This document shows, piece after piece, positions 12,704 to 25,453 of a stretch of 64,000 bases of DNA (position 1 is the stretch's first letter; each line of letters begins with the position of its first letter). A program made the translations under genes and the position numbers. This DNA is from Arsenophonus sp. NC-WZS1-MAG3 (GTDB lineage: Bacteria; Pseudomonadota; Gammaproteobacteria; Enterobacterales; Enterobacteriaceae), in NCBI GenBank assembly GCA_052174535.1, contig JBQMRQ010000100.1:6506-70505 (forward strand), written 5' to 3'. The notes under the pieces are model-generated. The model did no database searches. It had not been told where the DNA came from and was given only the letters and a program-made list of their open reading frames with translations.

Positions 12704-14467
12704 ATGCGGACAAATTATTGTGGGCAATTAGGTATTGCTCACGTTGGACAAAAAGTGACTCTCTGTGGGTGGGTTAACCGCCAGCGTAATTTAGGTAAAT
12801 TAATTTTTATCGATATGAGAGATCGCGAAGGTTTAATTCAAATTATTTTTATACAGGAAAATGATGCCGAACTTTTTATCCAAGCGTCACAGTTACGCAA
12901 CGAATTTTGTACCCAGATAACAGGTATAGTGCGAAAACGTAAACAAATCAATAAAAAAATACCAACCGGTGAGATTGAAATTGTTGCACAAACATTGACG
13001 ATTATTAATCGTTCTGAACCATTACCGATAGATAGGAATAAACAAAATTCCGAGGAAATTAGATTAAAATATCGTTATCTTGATTTACGGAAACCGCAAA
13101 TAGCGATGCGCTTGAGAGAGCGAGCTAAAATTACTAGTTTTGTGCGTCGTTTTATGGATGCGGAAGGTTTTATTGATATTGAAACACCTATTCTGACCAA
13201 AGCAACACCAGAAGGTGCGCGTGATTATCTTGTTCCAAGCCGTGTTCATAAAGGTGAGTTTTATGCTTTGCCGCAATCACCGCAACTTTTTAAACAATTA
13301 TTGATGATGTCTGGCTTTGATCGCTATTATCAAATAGTAAAATGCTTTCGTGATGAAGATTTGCGTGCTGATCGCCAACCTGAATTTACTCAGATCGACA
13401 TAGAAACCTCTTTTATGACTGCTGAGGAAGTTCGTGAAGTGATGGAGCGTTTTATTCGTCAATTATGGGAGGAAAACAAAGGTATTGAATTAGGCACTTT
13501 TCCGGTAATGACTTTTACTGAAGCCATGCAACGTTATGGTTCAGATAAACCAGACTTACGGAATCCTTTAGAATTGGTTGATATTGGTGATTTGGTTAAT
13601 ACAGTTGAATTTAAAGTATTTTCTGACGCTGCCAATGATTCAAAAGGTCGTGTAGCTGCACTTTGCGTTCCAGGTGGAGCATTATTAACACGCAAACAAC
13701 TTGATGATTATACTGAATTTGTTGCTATTTATGGCGCTAAAGGATTACCCTGGATGAAGATCAATTCATTAACTGAAGATCAGGTAGATATTCAAAGTCC
13801 TATAGCTAAGTTTTTATCACAATCAGTGATTAACAATCTATTAGCACGCACTCAAGCTAAAGCAAATGATATTTTGTTATTTGGCGCGGGTAAAAAAAAT
13901 GTTGTCAATGATGTAATGGGAGAATTACGGTTGAAAGTAGGACGTGATTTAGCAATCACACAAAATAATACCTGGAAACCGTTATGGATTATTGATTTTC
14001 CAATGTTTGAAAAAGATGAAAACGATGAACTTAATGCTATGCATCATCCTTTTACTGCACCGAAAGATTTTACCCCACAACAATTGCAAACTAATCCATT
14101 AGCAGCCGTTGCTAATGCCTATGATATGGTTATTAATGGTTATGAAGTTGGTAGCGGCTCAGTGCGTATTCACCATAATAAGATGCAACAAGCTGTTTTT
14201 GAAATTCTTAATATTAGTCAATCAGATCAGCAAAATAAATTTGGTTTCTTGCTTGAGGCATTACAATATGGAACCCCTCCGCATGCTGGTTTAGCATTTG
14301 GTTTAGATAGACTGGTTATGTTATTAACGGGAACAGAAAATATTCGTGATGTCATTGCATTTCCAAAAACAACCGCAGCAGCTTGTTTAATGACCGATGC
14401 CCCAAGCATAGCTAATCCAGTCGCATTAGCAGAATTAGCAATAACAGTTACCCAACATACTAAATAA
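12704..14467 (+). CDS. aspS: Aspartate--tRNA ligase
   Basis: 587 aa. [51 protein letters not shown]. Confidence 0.98.
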   Translation: MRTNYCGQLGIAHVGQKVTLCGWVNRQRNLGKLIFIDMRDREGLIQIIFIQENDAELFIQASQLRNEFCTQITGIVRKRKQINKKIPTGEIEIVAQTLTIINRSEPLPIDRNKQNSEEIRLKYRYLDLRKPQIAMRLRERAKITSFVRRFMDAEGFIDIETPILTKATPEGARDYLVPSRVHKGEFYALPQSPQLFKQLLMMSGFDRYYQIVKCFRDEDLRADRQPEFTQIDIETSFMTAEEVREVMERFIRQLWEENKGIELGTFPVMTFTEAMQRYGSDKPDLRNPLELVDIGDLVNTVEFKVFSDAANDSKGRVAALCVPGGALLTRKQLDDYTEFVAIYGAKGLPWMKINSLTEDQVDIQSPIAKFLSQSVINNLLARTQAKANDILLFGAGKKNVVNDVMGELRLKVGRDLAITQNNTWKPLWIIDFPMFEKDENDELNAMHHPFTAPKDFTPQQLQTNPLAAVANAYDMVINGYEVGSGSVRIHHNKMQQAVFEILNISQSDQQNKFGFLLEALQYGTPPHAGLAFGLDRLVMLLTGTENIRDVIAFPKTTAAACLMTDAPSIANPVALAELAITVTQHTK

Positions 14468-14473
14468 ATATTT

Positions 14474-14902
14474 ATGAAAATAAACGACAGGAATCAATAT
14501 TAATTCTAGCTTATGTCCAAGCAAGTCGCCAAATACTGATACTACAGCAGTGTTTTAATCTTAATTTTTAACAATTAGTTACCGATAGTTTTAAGAATAA
14601 TAAAATCTCAAGAGAGATGGAATTATATGAAGTTAAAGAAGAGATAGGGGCGCATTGATATTATCAAACAGAATTTGGCCTTAATTAATCAGAATTTTAA
14701 TAATTTATTTACAATGGTACACCGAATTTAATTAAATGTAAAGAGTATTAATTTGCTTTATGGGAGAGCCTTACCGCAAGAGCAGGATATTTTATTGAAA
14801 AAAATATTTGGATTTTTGTTAATTCCCTGCTACTCAGTTAGAAAGCATTAACTAAATCATGGAGTAATTGTCAGGCGATTAAAGAATTTTGTTCTAAAAT
14901 GA
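14474..14902 (+). pseudogene. nudB: Dihydroneopterin triphosphate diphosphatase pseudogene
   Basis: Broken frames read KRQESILIL...F*QLVTDS...YEVKEEIG and ALTKSWSNCQAIKEF. Syntenic aspS-nudB-yebC. Multiple stops and frameshifts. Confidence 0.85.
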
Positions 14903-14932
14903 TTTTTATTAAAGTATTTTTGGAGATATTTC

Positions 14933-15676
14933 ATGGCAGGTCATAGTAAATGGGCTAATACCAAACACCGTAAAATTGCGCAAGATACAAAACGAGGTAA
15001 AATTTTTACTAAAATTATTCGTGAACTGGTAACAGCGGCTCGTTTAGGTGGCAGTGATGCTACATCAAATCCACGATTGCGGACGGCAATTGATAAGGCG
15101 TTATCTAACAATATGATGCGAGATACATTAAATAGAGCAATTATACGTGGTGTAGGTAGTAATGAAAATGATAATATGGAAGCAATCATTTATGAAGGTT
15201 ATGGCCCAGGCGGTACAGCTATTATGGTTGAATGCTTAAGTGATAATCGTAATCATACAGTTTCTGATGTACGCCACGCCTTTACTAAATGCGGTGGTAA
15301 TTTAAGTACCGATGGTTGTGCTGCTTATTTATTTACTAAACGTGGCGTGATTTCATATTCGGCAGGCATTGATGAAGATAATTTAATAGAAGCGGCATTA
15401 GAAGCAGGTGCAGATGATCTCAAATCTTATAATAATGGAGCAATCGATATTTATACTACCCTGGAAAATTTTGGTCATGTAAAAGATACTTTAGATAAAG
15501 CTGGTTTTAAAGCTGAAATTGCCGAAATAACAATGATCTCGTTAACTAAAGTAACTTTAGATATTTACACTGCACCTAAACTTTTGCGTTTAATTGATAT
15601 CCTGGAAGATTTTGATGATGTACAAGAAGTGTATCACAATGGGGAAATTTCAGCTGAAATTGCAGTTCAACTATAA
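14933..15676 (+). CDS. yebC: YebC/PmpR family protein
   Basis: 247 aa. [31 protein letters not shown]. Confidence 0.97.
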   Translation: MAGHSKWANTKHRKIAQDTKRGKIFTKIIRELVTAARLGGSDATSNPRLRTAIDKALSNNMMRDTLNRAIIRGVGSNENDNMEAIIYEGYGPGGTAIMVECLSDNRNHTVSDVRHAFTKCGGNLSTDGCAAYLFTKRGVISYSAGIDEDNLIEAALEAGADDLKSYNNGAIDIYTTLENFGHVKDTLDKAGFKAEIAEITMISLTKVTLDIYTAPKLLRLIDILEDFDDVQEVYHNGEISAEIAVQL

Positions 15677-15767
15677 TTAAATTATCTTTTTATATTAAAA
15701 GATAGCGATGTTGATTATCAATATGCCTTTTCTTTGCATATTTAACCATATTCAATAAATCGCAAAT

Positions 15768-16275
15768 ATAGTAATTATTCTTAGAATTAATCCTGATTCT
15801 TGAATTACCGGTTATAATGTTATCCGTCAACAAGGTTGTTAGTTGATTATTTAGATAGGGTCACATATATTATTCAGGTAGAAAATCCGCTAACACGTTT
15901 ACAATGTATTTATGCAGGTGTCATTAAAATGACTACTAAGTATCGACCGAATAGTTATTGGTGTTGAGCAAGATATTTATAGCAAAAATATTGATTTTGC
16001 TTTAAAATTAAACAAGCAAGAGGGATTGGTGATTTTAACTATAATTAATAATCAATTAACGTTTTTGACTATGGTAGCACAATAAATAAAATAATCTGTT
16101 ATTAGAATTATAAGCAGTAAAAAATAAGTTCAGCATATAATTTTAATCTCTCAGTATTAAAACTATTATTGCATCTCCAAGCTAATACTAATTTAGTCAT
16201 TGCGATCACGGATTATCATTTTAATTAAAATTTGATTCGAATAGAGGTAGTAAGAGGGGGGACAGTGGCTTTTTT
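15768..16275 (+). pseudogene. ruvC: Holliday junction resolvase pseudogene
   Basis: IILRINPDS*ITGYNVIRQQG...TRLQCIYAGV...VEQ.FIAKNIDFALKL matches RuvC. Catalytic IDPG is now INPD, the start is lost and there are several stops. Follows yebC as expected. Confidence 0.88.
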
Positions 16276-17124
16276 AGCTAAAAACGCTTGCGTTAATAAC
16301 TGGATATAACTGCTATGTTAGCAGTAATTATTGCTTTTCGAGAAAATCTCAATAGCCTTTGCTAAGACAGCCCCTTTTCTCCTAAAGTTGCGTTAAAAAC
16401 CGCATCATTATGCTTATGCTTGGATGCGGGATTTCTATTCAATTTCGATTTTAATTATGCCGATAGGGCTCCGCTCTCTCCCACACGACCAATTATTACC
16501 GGCATTACCTTAATAAGGTAATAATAAAACTGATCTTATGCATCATTATTCTAACATTTCTATTAAGAAATGTTTAGCTATGTATTGGTTAAAACAATTT
16601 AAATATAAAGTTAATAATCTATTCATTAATTAATAAAATTAATTAATAATATCTACTTATTGTTAAGTAACGCTTATATTATTAAGAGAATAGATTTTAC
16701 TTTAAGTAAAAATATATTTAAAATAATAAATAAGAATTTTTAAATATTTTAATAGCAATGCTTGTATTTTTCAAATAAATAATAAAAAATTAAGATTTTT
16801 ATTTTCATAAAAATTACATTATGCCTATTTTAATAAAAACAAAAATTTTTATGAGATATAAACCATATAATTTAAGTAAAAATCTTTATAAGAGCTTTAT
16901 TTTATTTTGATGCGTATCAATAGAATTTATTTTAAGTAGTAAATTTCTTTTAGAATAGTAAAAATTATTTTTATAAATAATTAAATTATATAAATATAAT
17001 GATATTGATATTCGTTAATCTTTTATTTTTATTAAAAAATAAAAAATAGAGAAAGAATCCTGTTAAAAAATTTAGTATGCAAATTCTAGTAATTTATATT
17101 GTATAGAGCTAGAAGGTAGCAAAT

Positions 17125-17832
17125 ATGCAAGCTCCCACATATTTGATTATTGAAGACGAGATTATTACACACAATAACTTAAAAATATTTTCTAAGCAAA
17201 AGACTATTTCTGTAGATAAAGCTATTAATAAGTATCGAAAAGTACAATATATTATCTAATAATAATATTATCCATTATCATAATGGATAATAATTTGCCA
17301 GGAAAAATTGTTCACTCCTTACCTATGAATTCACCTAATCAACCTTATATTGCACTAATGTTTCTTATCGGGAAGTTAACAAGATATTAGGATTAGAAAT
17401 TTAGGATGATGATTATATAACTAAGACTTTTAACCCTCATAAATTAATAATTTGTGCAGAAATTTACTTTCACTCATAATAAATCTTTGGTAAATTAGTA
17501 AAAAATGCTACTAGCTTAAAAAGCATAATTTTATACTTGGAAACTGGATATTAATAGTCATTCTTTAACCAATCCGATTGGTGATCAAATACAAATTACC
17601 ATGTAGTAAATTTAAAGTAATCTTATATTCTTTTTAAGATCTAATTAAAATTCAAATACTTATAGAATTATTGAAAAAATAATTTGGTATGAACTAAAGT
17701 CATAGGATAGAATTATTGATATAACTATCCGCCGTATTCTTAAATATTTTAATTGATGATCTATAAATACCAGAAATTATTAGAACCATCCATAGTAAAA
17801 GTTATCGATTCTGTAGTAACATTGAAAATAAG
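17125..17832 (+). pseudogene. arcA: Response regulator ArcA pseudogene
   Basis: MQAPTYLIIEDEII..., MDNNLPGK, ALMFL, KILGLEI..DDYITK.FNP, and C-terminal PEIIRTIHSKSYRFCS. Many frameshifts. Confidence 0.88.
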
Positions 17833-17884
17833 CATAAAAATTAAACTTATTTTTATTTTGTAATGGAGTTTATTAACTATATCA

Positions 17885-18350
17885 ATTAATTCTATGACAT
17901 AATTTGCAGAAATTTAATAGCATTTTAAGCCACATGTCACTTATTTTATATAAATAAGTTAAATAACAAATGCATTCAGTTATTTATCATAAAAACGTAC
18001 TACTTGTTAATTTTTAAAAATTAATAAAATAGGTTTTTGAAAAATAACTTGCCTATTTTTATTATTTAATTTTCTTATCTATAATTCTTAACTCAACCTC
18101 TGTTGACAACAATTGCAAATCAGCTGTATACTCTACTATAAAGAGACTTCTTTAATACCATCTTTTTTCTTGACTCAGATAACAAAATTATATTGTTAAT
18201 ATCTATATCATCAAATCTTTCAATAACAATTTTATTATCAGAATTAAAAAGTTTAAATATCGTATCAACTGAACTGATTTTTCTGCCAAGAATTGCAACT
18301 GATGTAAAATATTATTATTATCTATAATAATAATTTTAATAAATTCGCAT
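17885..18350 (-). pseudogene. creA: CreA pseudogene
   Basis: Minus strand reads KISSVDTIFKLFNSDNKIVIERFDD, matching CreA IGSVDTVFK.IGPDHKIVVEAFDD, plus QVVRFYD. Convergent with arcA. Confidence 0.8.
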
Positions 18351-18431
18351 GATTTTAATTTTCCTTAAAAATATTAATTTAATGAAAAATCATTTTTGCG
18401 TTTTTAACATCTATAAAATAACTATATAAAG

Positions 18432-19831
18432 GAATCATTAGAAAATCTAGTGTATGCTGATCAGGGCTATAGTCTGCTTTTATGCTTTATAAATCTGCTC
18501 TCTATCCTAAAATTGGATCTTTTACTAGCAGAGTCGCAGCAGGTTAAATTCTCTTAGTCGGTTCCAGCTTTTCTGAGTAGATAGAAGCAACTTAAATAGC
18601 ATTAAAGGTTATTTTTCGAATCACAGTGCTTCTAAATTCGCCTTCATAGCCTCAACTCTCATAAAAACTAATTCAATCCAAATTTGTTGTTTTTATTGAT
18701 GTCCAGTGCGCTAACGGGAAGGCATGGAATGCTAGGATGTTCTTCTCGCTCTTTATCCAACTTCTTTATTGCTGCATGAATACTTATCCCGATAACTTTT
18801 TTAACAAAAACATCAAGGGCTTTATTAATGATATTGCTGCTCTCTGTTAGCCATGACCTTTTCCACCGCAACTCAGCCTTAACTTTTTTGCCTGTATCTC
18901 CCCTCTTGGAAGTAAAGAAAACAGATTACCTATTTTGTATAGGTGTGTAATTGCGTTAATACTGCATATTCTGGAATATCTTTCCATTAGATTCCTAAAA
19001 ATCAAGAGTAGATCTCTCTTCCTATAGGAAGTTTGTAGATGGAGTTAAACCACGTGCTCGCGCCAATCCAGAGGTTAGCTCAGTGCACTTCTGACTCTTG
19101 ATAAGCATCTTCAACTGTAATGAGCTCCTTACGTTTATGTGCAATAACGTCGATAATAAGAAGCAGCTAAAAGCAATTAGTTTGCCTGACAGGACGATAA
19201 ATATGTCACCAGAACAGAAATAAACGTAGCGTCGTATATCATTTAAATCATACAGCTAGCCATTGCTTATGTTCTTCAGGCATCAATATTTCACAGTCTA
19301 CTGATAGTGTGCTGATAAAGAAAACCATGTGCTTTCATCGAAAAGCTCTATGGCTTTCGTTAAATCACCGGTAAATAATACCTTATTTCTTATAGGTGCA
19401 GGCATGGTAGAAATTCTTCGATCTTTTTATACGCTTCAGATAAGGCCGTAGCAATGAGTTATTGAAGTATATTTCGTTATCGCTGTAACTCTTCTGATTT
19501 TAAGATCTTTAAATATAAATATCGTGAATAGCAGTCTATAATATTGGTTCGCGGTGGTAAATAACTGCTATACCGTAAGATAAGAAGGCATTCAGTATCT
19601 TCTAACAATATAACATTGAGACCACCTCAACAATAGTGCTATTAGCTACCTAGAGGATAATTACGGATGAGTTAATGCAAAGGATAAAAGTAATATCTGA
19701 TTTTGGCAGATATCTGTAGGATAGATTTTTCATGAGATCTCATTTCTATATTGTTGAAATAATTCACAAAATCAATCGCAGAAGACACGGTAGAATTTTA
19801 AAAACTCCATACACTAGAATAAATCTCTCTC
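18432..19831 (-). mobile_element. IS256-family relic (copy 4)
   Basis: Ends gaatcattagaaaatctagtgtatg / ctccatacactagaataaatctctctc. Body colinear with the other copies. Sits at the creA/mrdB junction. Confidence 0.85.
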
Positions 19832-19939
19832 TTATTAGAGATATATTAGTATTTTGTTTAGTTGAGAAATACAGCCAGTTACAATTTCTATTGTAATGCT
19901 AAGTATAAAGCTAGTAATAATACATTACAGTCATCATAG

Positions 19940-21043
19940 TTATAAACTTTTTGATAGAAATTTTCTGTGGGTATGAATTGACATGATAATACCAAATCCA
20001 GCCATTAAAACAATCAATGCCGATCCGCCATAACTAAGTAATGGTAAAGGAACCCCCACTATCGGTAAAATCCCGCTAACCATACCAATGTTGACAAATA
20101 GATAGACGAAAAAAATTAACATTAGTCCACCAACCATAACTCTGCCAAAGGTATTTTGTGCATTAGTTGCAATTATTAATCCACGCATAATTAGTAGTAG
20201 ATATAATATGAGTAAAATAAGCACTCCAATTAACCCAAACTCTTCAGCTAATACGGCAAAAATAAAATCAGTGTGACGTTCTGGTATAAATTCTAATTGG
20301 GATTGCGTGCCATGTAGCCAGCCTTTACCAAATAATCCTCCTGAACCAATAGCAATTTTAGATTGGATGATATGATAACCAGCACCGAGTGGATCTGTTT
20401 CTGGATCAAGTAACATCATAACGCGATCTCGTTGATAATCATGCATTAACATGAACCATAAAATAGGAATAAAGGAAGCGATACCCGTAATCGCAATGAG
20501 AATCAATTTCCAATTCATACCGACTAAGAAAAGGATAAACAAACCGGAGGCAGCAACTAAAATAGATGTACCAAGATCAGGTTGAGCAGCAACTAATAGT
20601 GTGGGAAGAAATATAATCATCAATGCCAGTAGGATATTTTTTAATGAGGGCGGACAAATATCGCGATTAACAAAACGTGCAACCATCAATGGAACCGCAA
20701 TTTTAGCGATTTCAGATGGTTGAAAACGAATAAAACCAATATCTAACCATCGTTGCGCACCTTTACTAATTTGTCCAAATGCATCGACAAAAAATAAGAG
20801 TATTAGGCAAAAGATATATAGATAAGGAGCCAAATTTTCATAGATACGCGGTGAAATTTGCGCCATCATAATCATGACAATAAATCCAATCACAATTTGT
20901 ATCAGCTTTCGCCTCATCATATCAACATCTTGTCCACTAGCACTCCACATGATCATAATACTGTATATTGTTAAGAGAAGAATAATCAGCAACATTGTAA
21001 TATCAATATGTAAATGCGTCCAAATAGATGATTTATTGGTCAT
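19940..21043 (-). CDS. mrdB: Rod shape-determining protein RodA
   Basis: 367 aa. [50 protein letters not shown]. Confidence 0.98.
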   Translation of the reverse strand: MTNKSSIWTHLHIDITMLLIILLLTIYSIMIMWSASGQDVDMMRRKLIQIVIGFIVMIMMAQISPRIYENLAPYLYIFCLILLFFVDAFGQISKGAQRWLDIGFIRFQPSEIAKIAVPLMVARFVNRDICPPSLKNILLALMIIFLPTLLVAAQPDLGTSILVAASGLFILFLVGMNWKLILIAITGIASFIPILWFMLMHDYQRDRVMMLLDPETDPLGAGYHIIQSKIAIGSGGLFGKGWLHGTQSQLEFIPERHTDFIFAVLAEEFGLIGVLILLILYLLLIMRGLIIATNAQNTFGRVMVGGLMLIFFVYLFVNIGMVSGILPIVGVPLPLLSYGGSALIVLMAGFGIIMSIHTHRKFLSKSL

Positions 21044-21046
21044 ATA

Positions 21047-22978
21047 TTACTGATCTTCTTCTGAAGATATATTGATGTCTAATGTTTGTGATTTTATTTT
21101 TTTACCAAGCAATACATAATCAAAAATATTGCGGACAAGATCACCAATCTCTAGTCCAAAACCACCATTTTCAAGAACAATGGCTACGGAAATAGTTGGG
21201 TTTTGATAAGGCGCAAATCCAATCATTAATTTATGATCACGTAAATGCTCAACCAATTTACTTGCATTATATGTTTCATAGCTGAATACCTGTGCCGTAC
21301 CTGATTTAACTGCAGCTTTATAATAATGCGTGTTGACAAAACTTCTAAGTGCTGTACCGTTTGATGCATTAGCGACACCATACATACCCTCTTTAGCTAA
21401 TTTCCAAAATTCTGAATTAATATCGCCAATTTGAATATAATCTTTCTGTTCATAGGGTAGCATAGCATTACCTAATTTAGTGCCGTAAAGCAGATGAGGA
21501 ATTTTAACAGTTCCCTCATTAATTAATGTCACTAATGCTTTTGCCATTTGTATCGGCGTTGTAGTCCAATAACCTTGTCCAATACCTACTGGAATTGTAT
21601 CTCCTTGATACCAAGATTTTTTGTAACGTTTTTCTTTCCATTTCCGTGTTGGCATAATACCTAAACGTTCTTCAGCAAGATCAATACCAGTATACTGACC
21701 ATAGCCAAATTTTTGCATCCAATCAGAGATACGATCTATACCCATATCATAAGCAACCTGGTAAAAAAAGGTGTCAGCTGATTCAATAATGGCTCTAACA
21801 ACATTTAATCTACCATGCCCCCATTTTTTCCAATCTCGGTAATGTTTTTCTGAGTTTGGTAATTGCCACCATCCTGGATCAAAAATAGTTGAATTGACAG
21901 TGATAATATTTTCACTTAATGCTGCGACAGCCATAAATGGTTTAATGGTTGAAGCGGGCGGATATAATCCCTGTATAGTTCTATTAATTAATGGGCGATT
22001 AGGATTATCTAATAAAGCTTGGTAATCTTTATTAGATATACCATTAATAAAGAGATTAGGATTATAGCTTGGGGTAGATACCAATGCTAGTAGTTCTCCA
22101 TTACGTGGATCAGTTACAATTACAGCAGATCGGCTGTTGGTTAATAGCTTTTCAATCTCAATTTGTAAATTGAGATCAATAGTAAGGTAAATGTCATTAC
22201 CTGCCTGCAATTGTTCTTCATGAAGTTGACGTATAATTTTCCCATGACTATTAATTTCAACCTCTTCATAACCTGTTTTGCCATGTAAAATATTTTCGTA
22301 ATACCGTTCTATACCTAATTTACCGATATCATCGGTAGCAGTGTAATTTTTTATTAAACCATCATTTTGTAGACGTTCTATATCTTTATTATTAATTTTG
22401 GCTACATAACCGATAACATGTGTTAACGTTGAACCATACGGATAATAACGGCGTTGGTAACTTTTAACTTCAATTCCGGGAAATCGGTATTGATTAACGG
22501 CAAAACGTGCAATTTGTACTTCATTGAGAGAGGTTTTTAACGGTATAGAGGTAAAGCATCGTGAACGTTTACGCTCCTTTTTAAAATTTACAATGTCATC
22601 ATCAGTAAGATCAACTACATCACGCAATTGTGTCAATAGTTCTGTTAAATTAGATATTTTTTCAGGAATAATTTCTAATTGATAAAATGGTCGGTTTAAC
22701 GCGAGAGGAATACCATTCCTGTCATAAATAATACCTCTATTTGGTGGGATAGGAACCAATTTTATTCGATTATCATTGGAACGAGTTTGGTAGTCTTCAT
22801 GGCGAACTATTTGTAAATGATAAAGATTAGCAATTAAAATACTTACTAAGATCACAATGATAATGAAAGCTATCAAAGTTCGACGAATAAATATAGTATA
22901 TTCTGCTGCATAATCACGAAAATGAGTACGTTTCTTTTTTTTTATTTCTTTCTTTAAATTCACACTAATAACCTGCAT
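21047..22978 (-). CDS. mrdA: Penicillin-binding protein 2
   Basis: 643 aa. FRDY, RGIIYDRNG, YPPASTIKP (SxxK), ESADTFFY, KSGTAQV. The true start may be a few codons downstream. Confidence 0.97.
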   Translation of the reverse strand: MQVISVNLKKEIKKKKRTHFRDYAAEYTIFIRRTLIAFIIIVILVSILIANLYHLQIVRHEDYQTRSNDNRIKLVPIPPNRGIIYDRNGIPLALNRPFYQLEIIPEKISNLTELLTQLRDVVDLTDDDIVNFKKERKRSRCFTSIPLKTSLNEVQIARFAVNQYRFPGIEVKSYQRRYYPYGSTLTHVIGYVAKINNKDIERLQNDGLIKNYTATDDIGKLGIERYYENILHGKTGYEEVEINSHGKIIRQLHEEQLQAGNDIYLTIDLNLQIEIEKLLTNSRSAVIVTDPRNGELLALVSTPSYNPNLFINGISNKDYQALLDNPNRPLINRTIQGLYPPASTIKPFMAVAALSENIITVNSTIFDPGWWQLPNSEKHYRDWKKWGHGRLNVVRAIIESADTFFYQVAYDMGIDRISDWMQKFGYGQYTGIDLAEERLGIMPTRKWKEKRYKKSWYQGDTIPVGIGQGYWTTTPIQMAKALVTLINEGTVKIPHLLYGTKLGNAMLPYEQKDYIQIGDINSEFWKLAKEGMYGVANASNGTALRSFVNTHYYKAAVKSGTAQVFSYETYNASKLVEHLRDHKLMIGFAPYQNPTISVAIVLENGGFGLEIGDLVRNIFDYVLLGKKIKSQTLDINISSEEDQ

Positions 22979-22984
22979 AAATAT

Positions 22985-23451
22985 CTTCCGATGGTAAGGA
23001 TAATTTATTGTAATGCTCTATACCAGATAAAGGCTTTCTACAAGAAATCTTCGAGGTAGAAGATAAAGCATTGTTAATATTAACATTAACTAACTTTGCT
23101 CTGCTCCTATTTTATAGACAGAGGATAAATCTTCTAGATCAACAATTAGAAAGCTAATATTACTTCTGTTCTGTTTTCATTAACTTAATTATTTATCAAG
23201 TTATCGAGTTGTTCAGCTTGCGCTGGTATATTCAGAGTAATTATGGGGTTACCTTTACTAATCTGCATCCAGTATCTTTTCTCCTTCTTTCTTGATAATA
23301 CAATTTAGATCAGTACTTTTCCCGCGTTTTCCCATCAGGATATCAATGAATTTTAAAGTCATATCTTTTAGAAAACAATGGAGATAATCTTGAAAACTAG
23401 TTTGCATTCAATCAACTACTTTACTAGCAACGGCAATCGGTTGTATTCCAA
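22985..23451 (-). pseudogene. rlmH: 23S rRNA m3Psi1915 methyltransferase pseudogene
   Basis: QPIAVASKVVD*MQTSFQDY...GKRGKSTDL...KEGEKIL and C-terminal ESL...SITINYPYHR. Syntenic just upstream of mrdA. Confidence 0.85.
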
Positions 23452-23453
23452 AT

Positions 23454-23790
23454 TAAACTCCATAGTTTTTCAAATTCATACATTCAATAACTATCTTCTT
23501 GCATGATATAAAGAAACGTATCGCCTAAATCCAAACGATCCGATCAGAAAACATCTTTATTTTTAATAATAAAAGGAATTATTCCTATTTTACAATATGC
23601 TTCAATTAATTTATCTGAAACTGATGTCAGGTAGCAATTAGAGGTTTCGTTACAAATTATCATGCAATCACTAATTCTTGGTTTTCTACGTAAACCAATA
23701 GTAACAATATCTTGCGTTTTTATATCAACAAGACAAGCTGAGCAATAATAAATTATTTAGAATTTATTTTCTTAGAAAGATTCACCTTTA
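23454..23790 (-). pseudogene. rsfS: Ribosome silencing factor pseudogene
   Basis: DIKTQDIVTI...ISDCMIIC.ETSN...DLGDT...IMQED...YEFEKLWS matches RsfS (YbeB), with frameshifts. Confidence 0.85.
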
Positions 23791-23809
23791 ATTTTAAATT
23801 AAATAAAAA

Positions 23810-25203
23810 GAGTTATTAGCAAATCTAGTATATGGATAATCAAGCTACCTTCCACTCTGATGCTTCATGAATCTGCTCTTCACTCTTAACTTGTACCTTT
23901 TTATCTTATCACCAGAGTTATCAGGTTAAATTCTCTCAGTCTGTTCCAGCTTTCTGAACAGAGGGGAGCAACTTAAATATCATTTAAAGGATTTTTTGTG
24001 AATTACAGTCCTTTCTCGCATCCAGATTCATAGCTTTACTATCACAAAATCTAATTCAATCAGATTCATCGTTTTATTAACAACCAGTGCGCTGACGGGA
24101 AGGTGTACAGAATGCAAGCCGTTCTTCTAAATCTTTTCCAGTTTCTTCATCGCTGCAGGATACGCTGAAGACCTTTTCAACAAAGAATTAAAGGCTTTAT
24201 TAGCGGTATCGCAACTTTTTGCTAGATATACCTCTGAATTTCATCCTTAACTTTCAGTGTTAAATGCCTTTGAAGAATGAAGATAACATATTAGTTATTT
24301 TGCGTACTCAACAGGATTGATGCTGCGCACCCAGGAATATCTTTGCCATTCCATTTCAAAAACCAAAATCACCGCCTCTCGTAGGAAGCATAAAAATGCG
24401 ATTAAAAGTCCCCAAGGCTTACAGAAAATTAGAAGTTAAGTCCAATTCGCTTCTAACTCTTAATAAGCATTTTCGATGATAATTGTTTTTTACATCTATA
24501 CTGAGTGATATCAATAATGAGCAGCAGGCGATGGCGTTAGGCCTACCTGACAGGCGGTTATCTTATCGACACAGAAATAAATATAAGTGTATCGCTTAAA
24601 TCATACAGCTACCCATTACCTATGTTCTTGAAGCCATTACTGTTTTAGTCTTCTGATGAATGCTGGCAAAGAGATCATGTGCTTTTCATCGAGAAAAGCA
24701 CCCATTAGGACTTCATGAAATCACCTGTGAATATAGCTCTTTGTCTCGCAAGTACAGGCATGATGATAAAACCTCTTTGCTACTTTTCACGCTTTAAATA
24801 AGGCAGTAACAATGAGCTGTTAAGTATATCCTGTTACTACTAAAGTCCACCTGATACTTAGGAATTTTAATCTCAACATAGCCAATAATCATCGGTTAGT
24901 TGTGGCAAATAACCGTTATAGATGACGCGTTAAAGGCTATCGACACAAGGCAGCGATTGACCATGTTGTTGTAAAATAGCTTTGAGCTTCATCTTAATAA
25001 CGACACCTATCAACTGCCTGTCAGTATTATAGATAAATTCATAGAATGAATTAAAGGTAATATCTAGTATAGCGTCCACCTGCAGAGTAAACTTCTTCAT
25101 GGCATATTATCTCTCTGTTGTTAAAATCACTCATGAAATCAATCAACAGAATAATTCGCCTACCATCACAGAGAATTCCATACATCAGAATTGAGCATAA
25201 CTC
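23810..25203 (-). mobile_element. IS256-family relic (copy 5)
   Basis: Best-preserved IRs: gagttattagcaaatctagtatatgg at 23810 and ccatacatcagaattgagcataactc ending 25203. 1394 bp. Confidence 0.9.
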
Positions 25204-25453
25204 AATAAGAGTATCAAGTTATATTTCAATCAGTTAAAACTTCTGTTAAAAGAAATAAGCATAAGATAATTTATCTTTAGAACTAATTTTAGTAAAACTA
25301 ATTGAACAATTATAATTAATTTCAGAATGATTTATCGAAAATTATGCTTTATTCATCACTAATCATCTAAAAATCGCTAAATAGATACCCAATCACCTTA
25401 TATACTCATAATAGTTTATGTATGTTTTATAAATTTTTATATTTGTTAATTAG

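Noticed and set aside
16275-16620. yjtD or thrA fragment
   Set aside because: Only weak partial resemblances in broken frames. Left unassigned.
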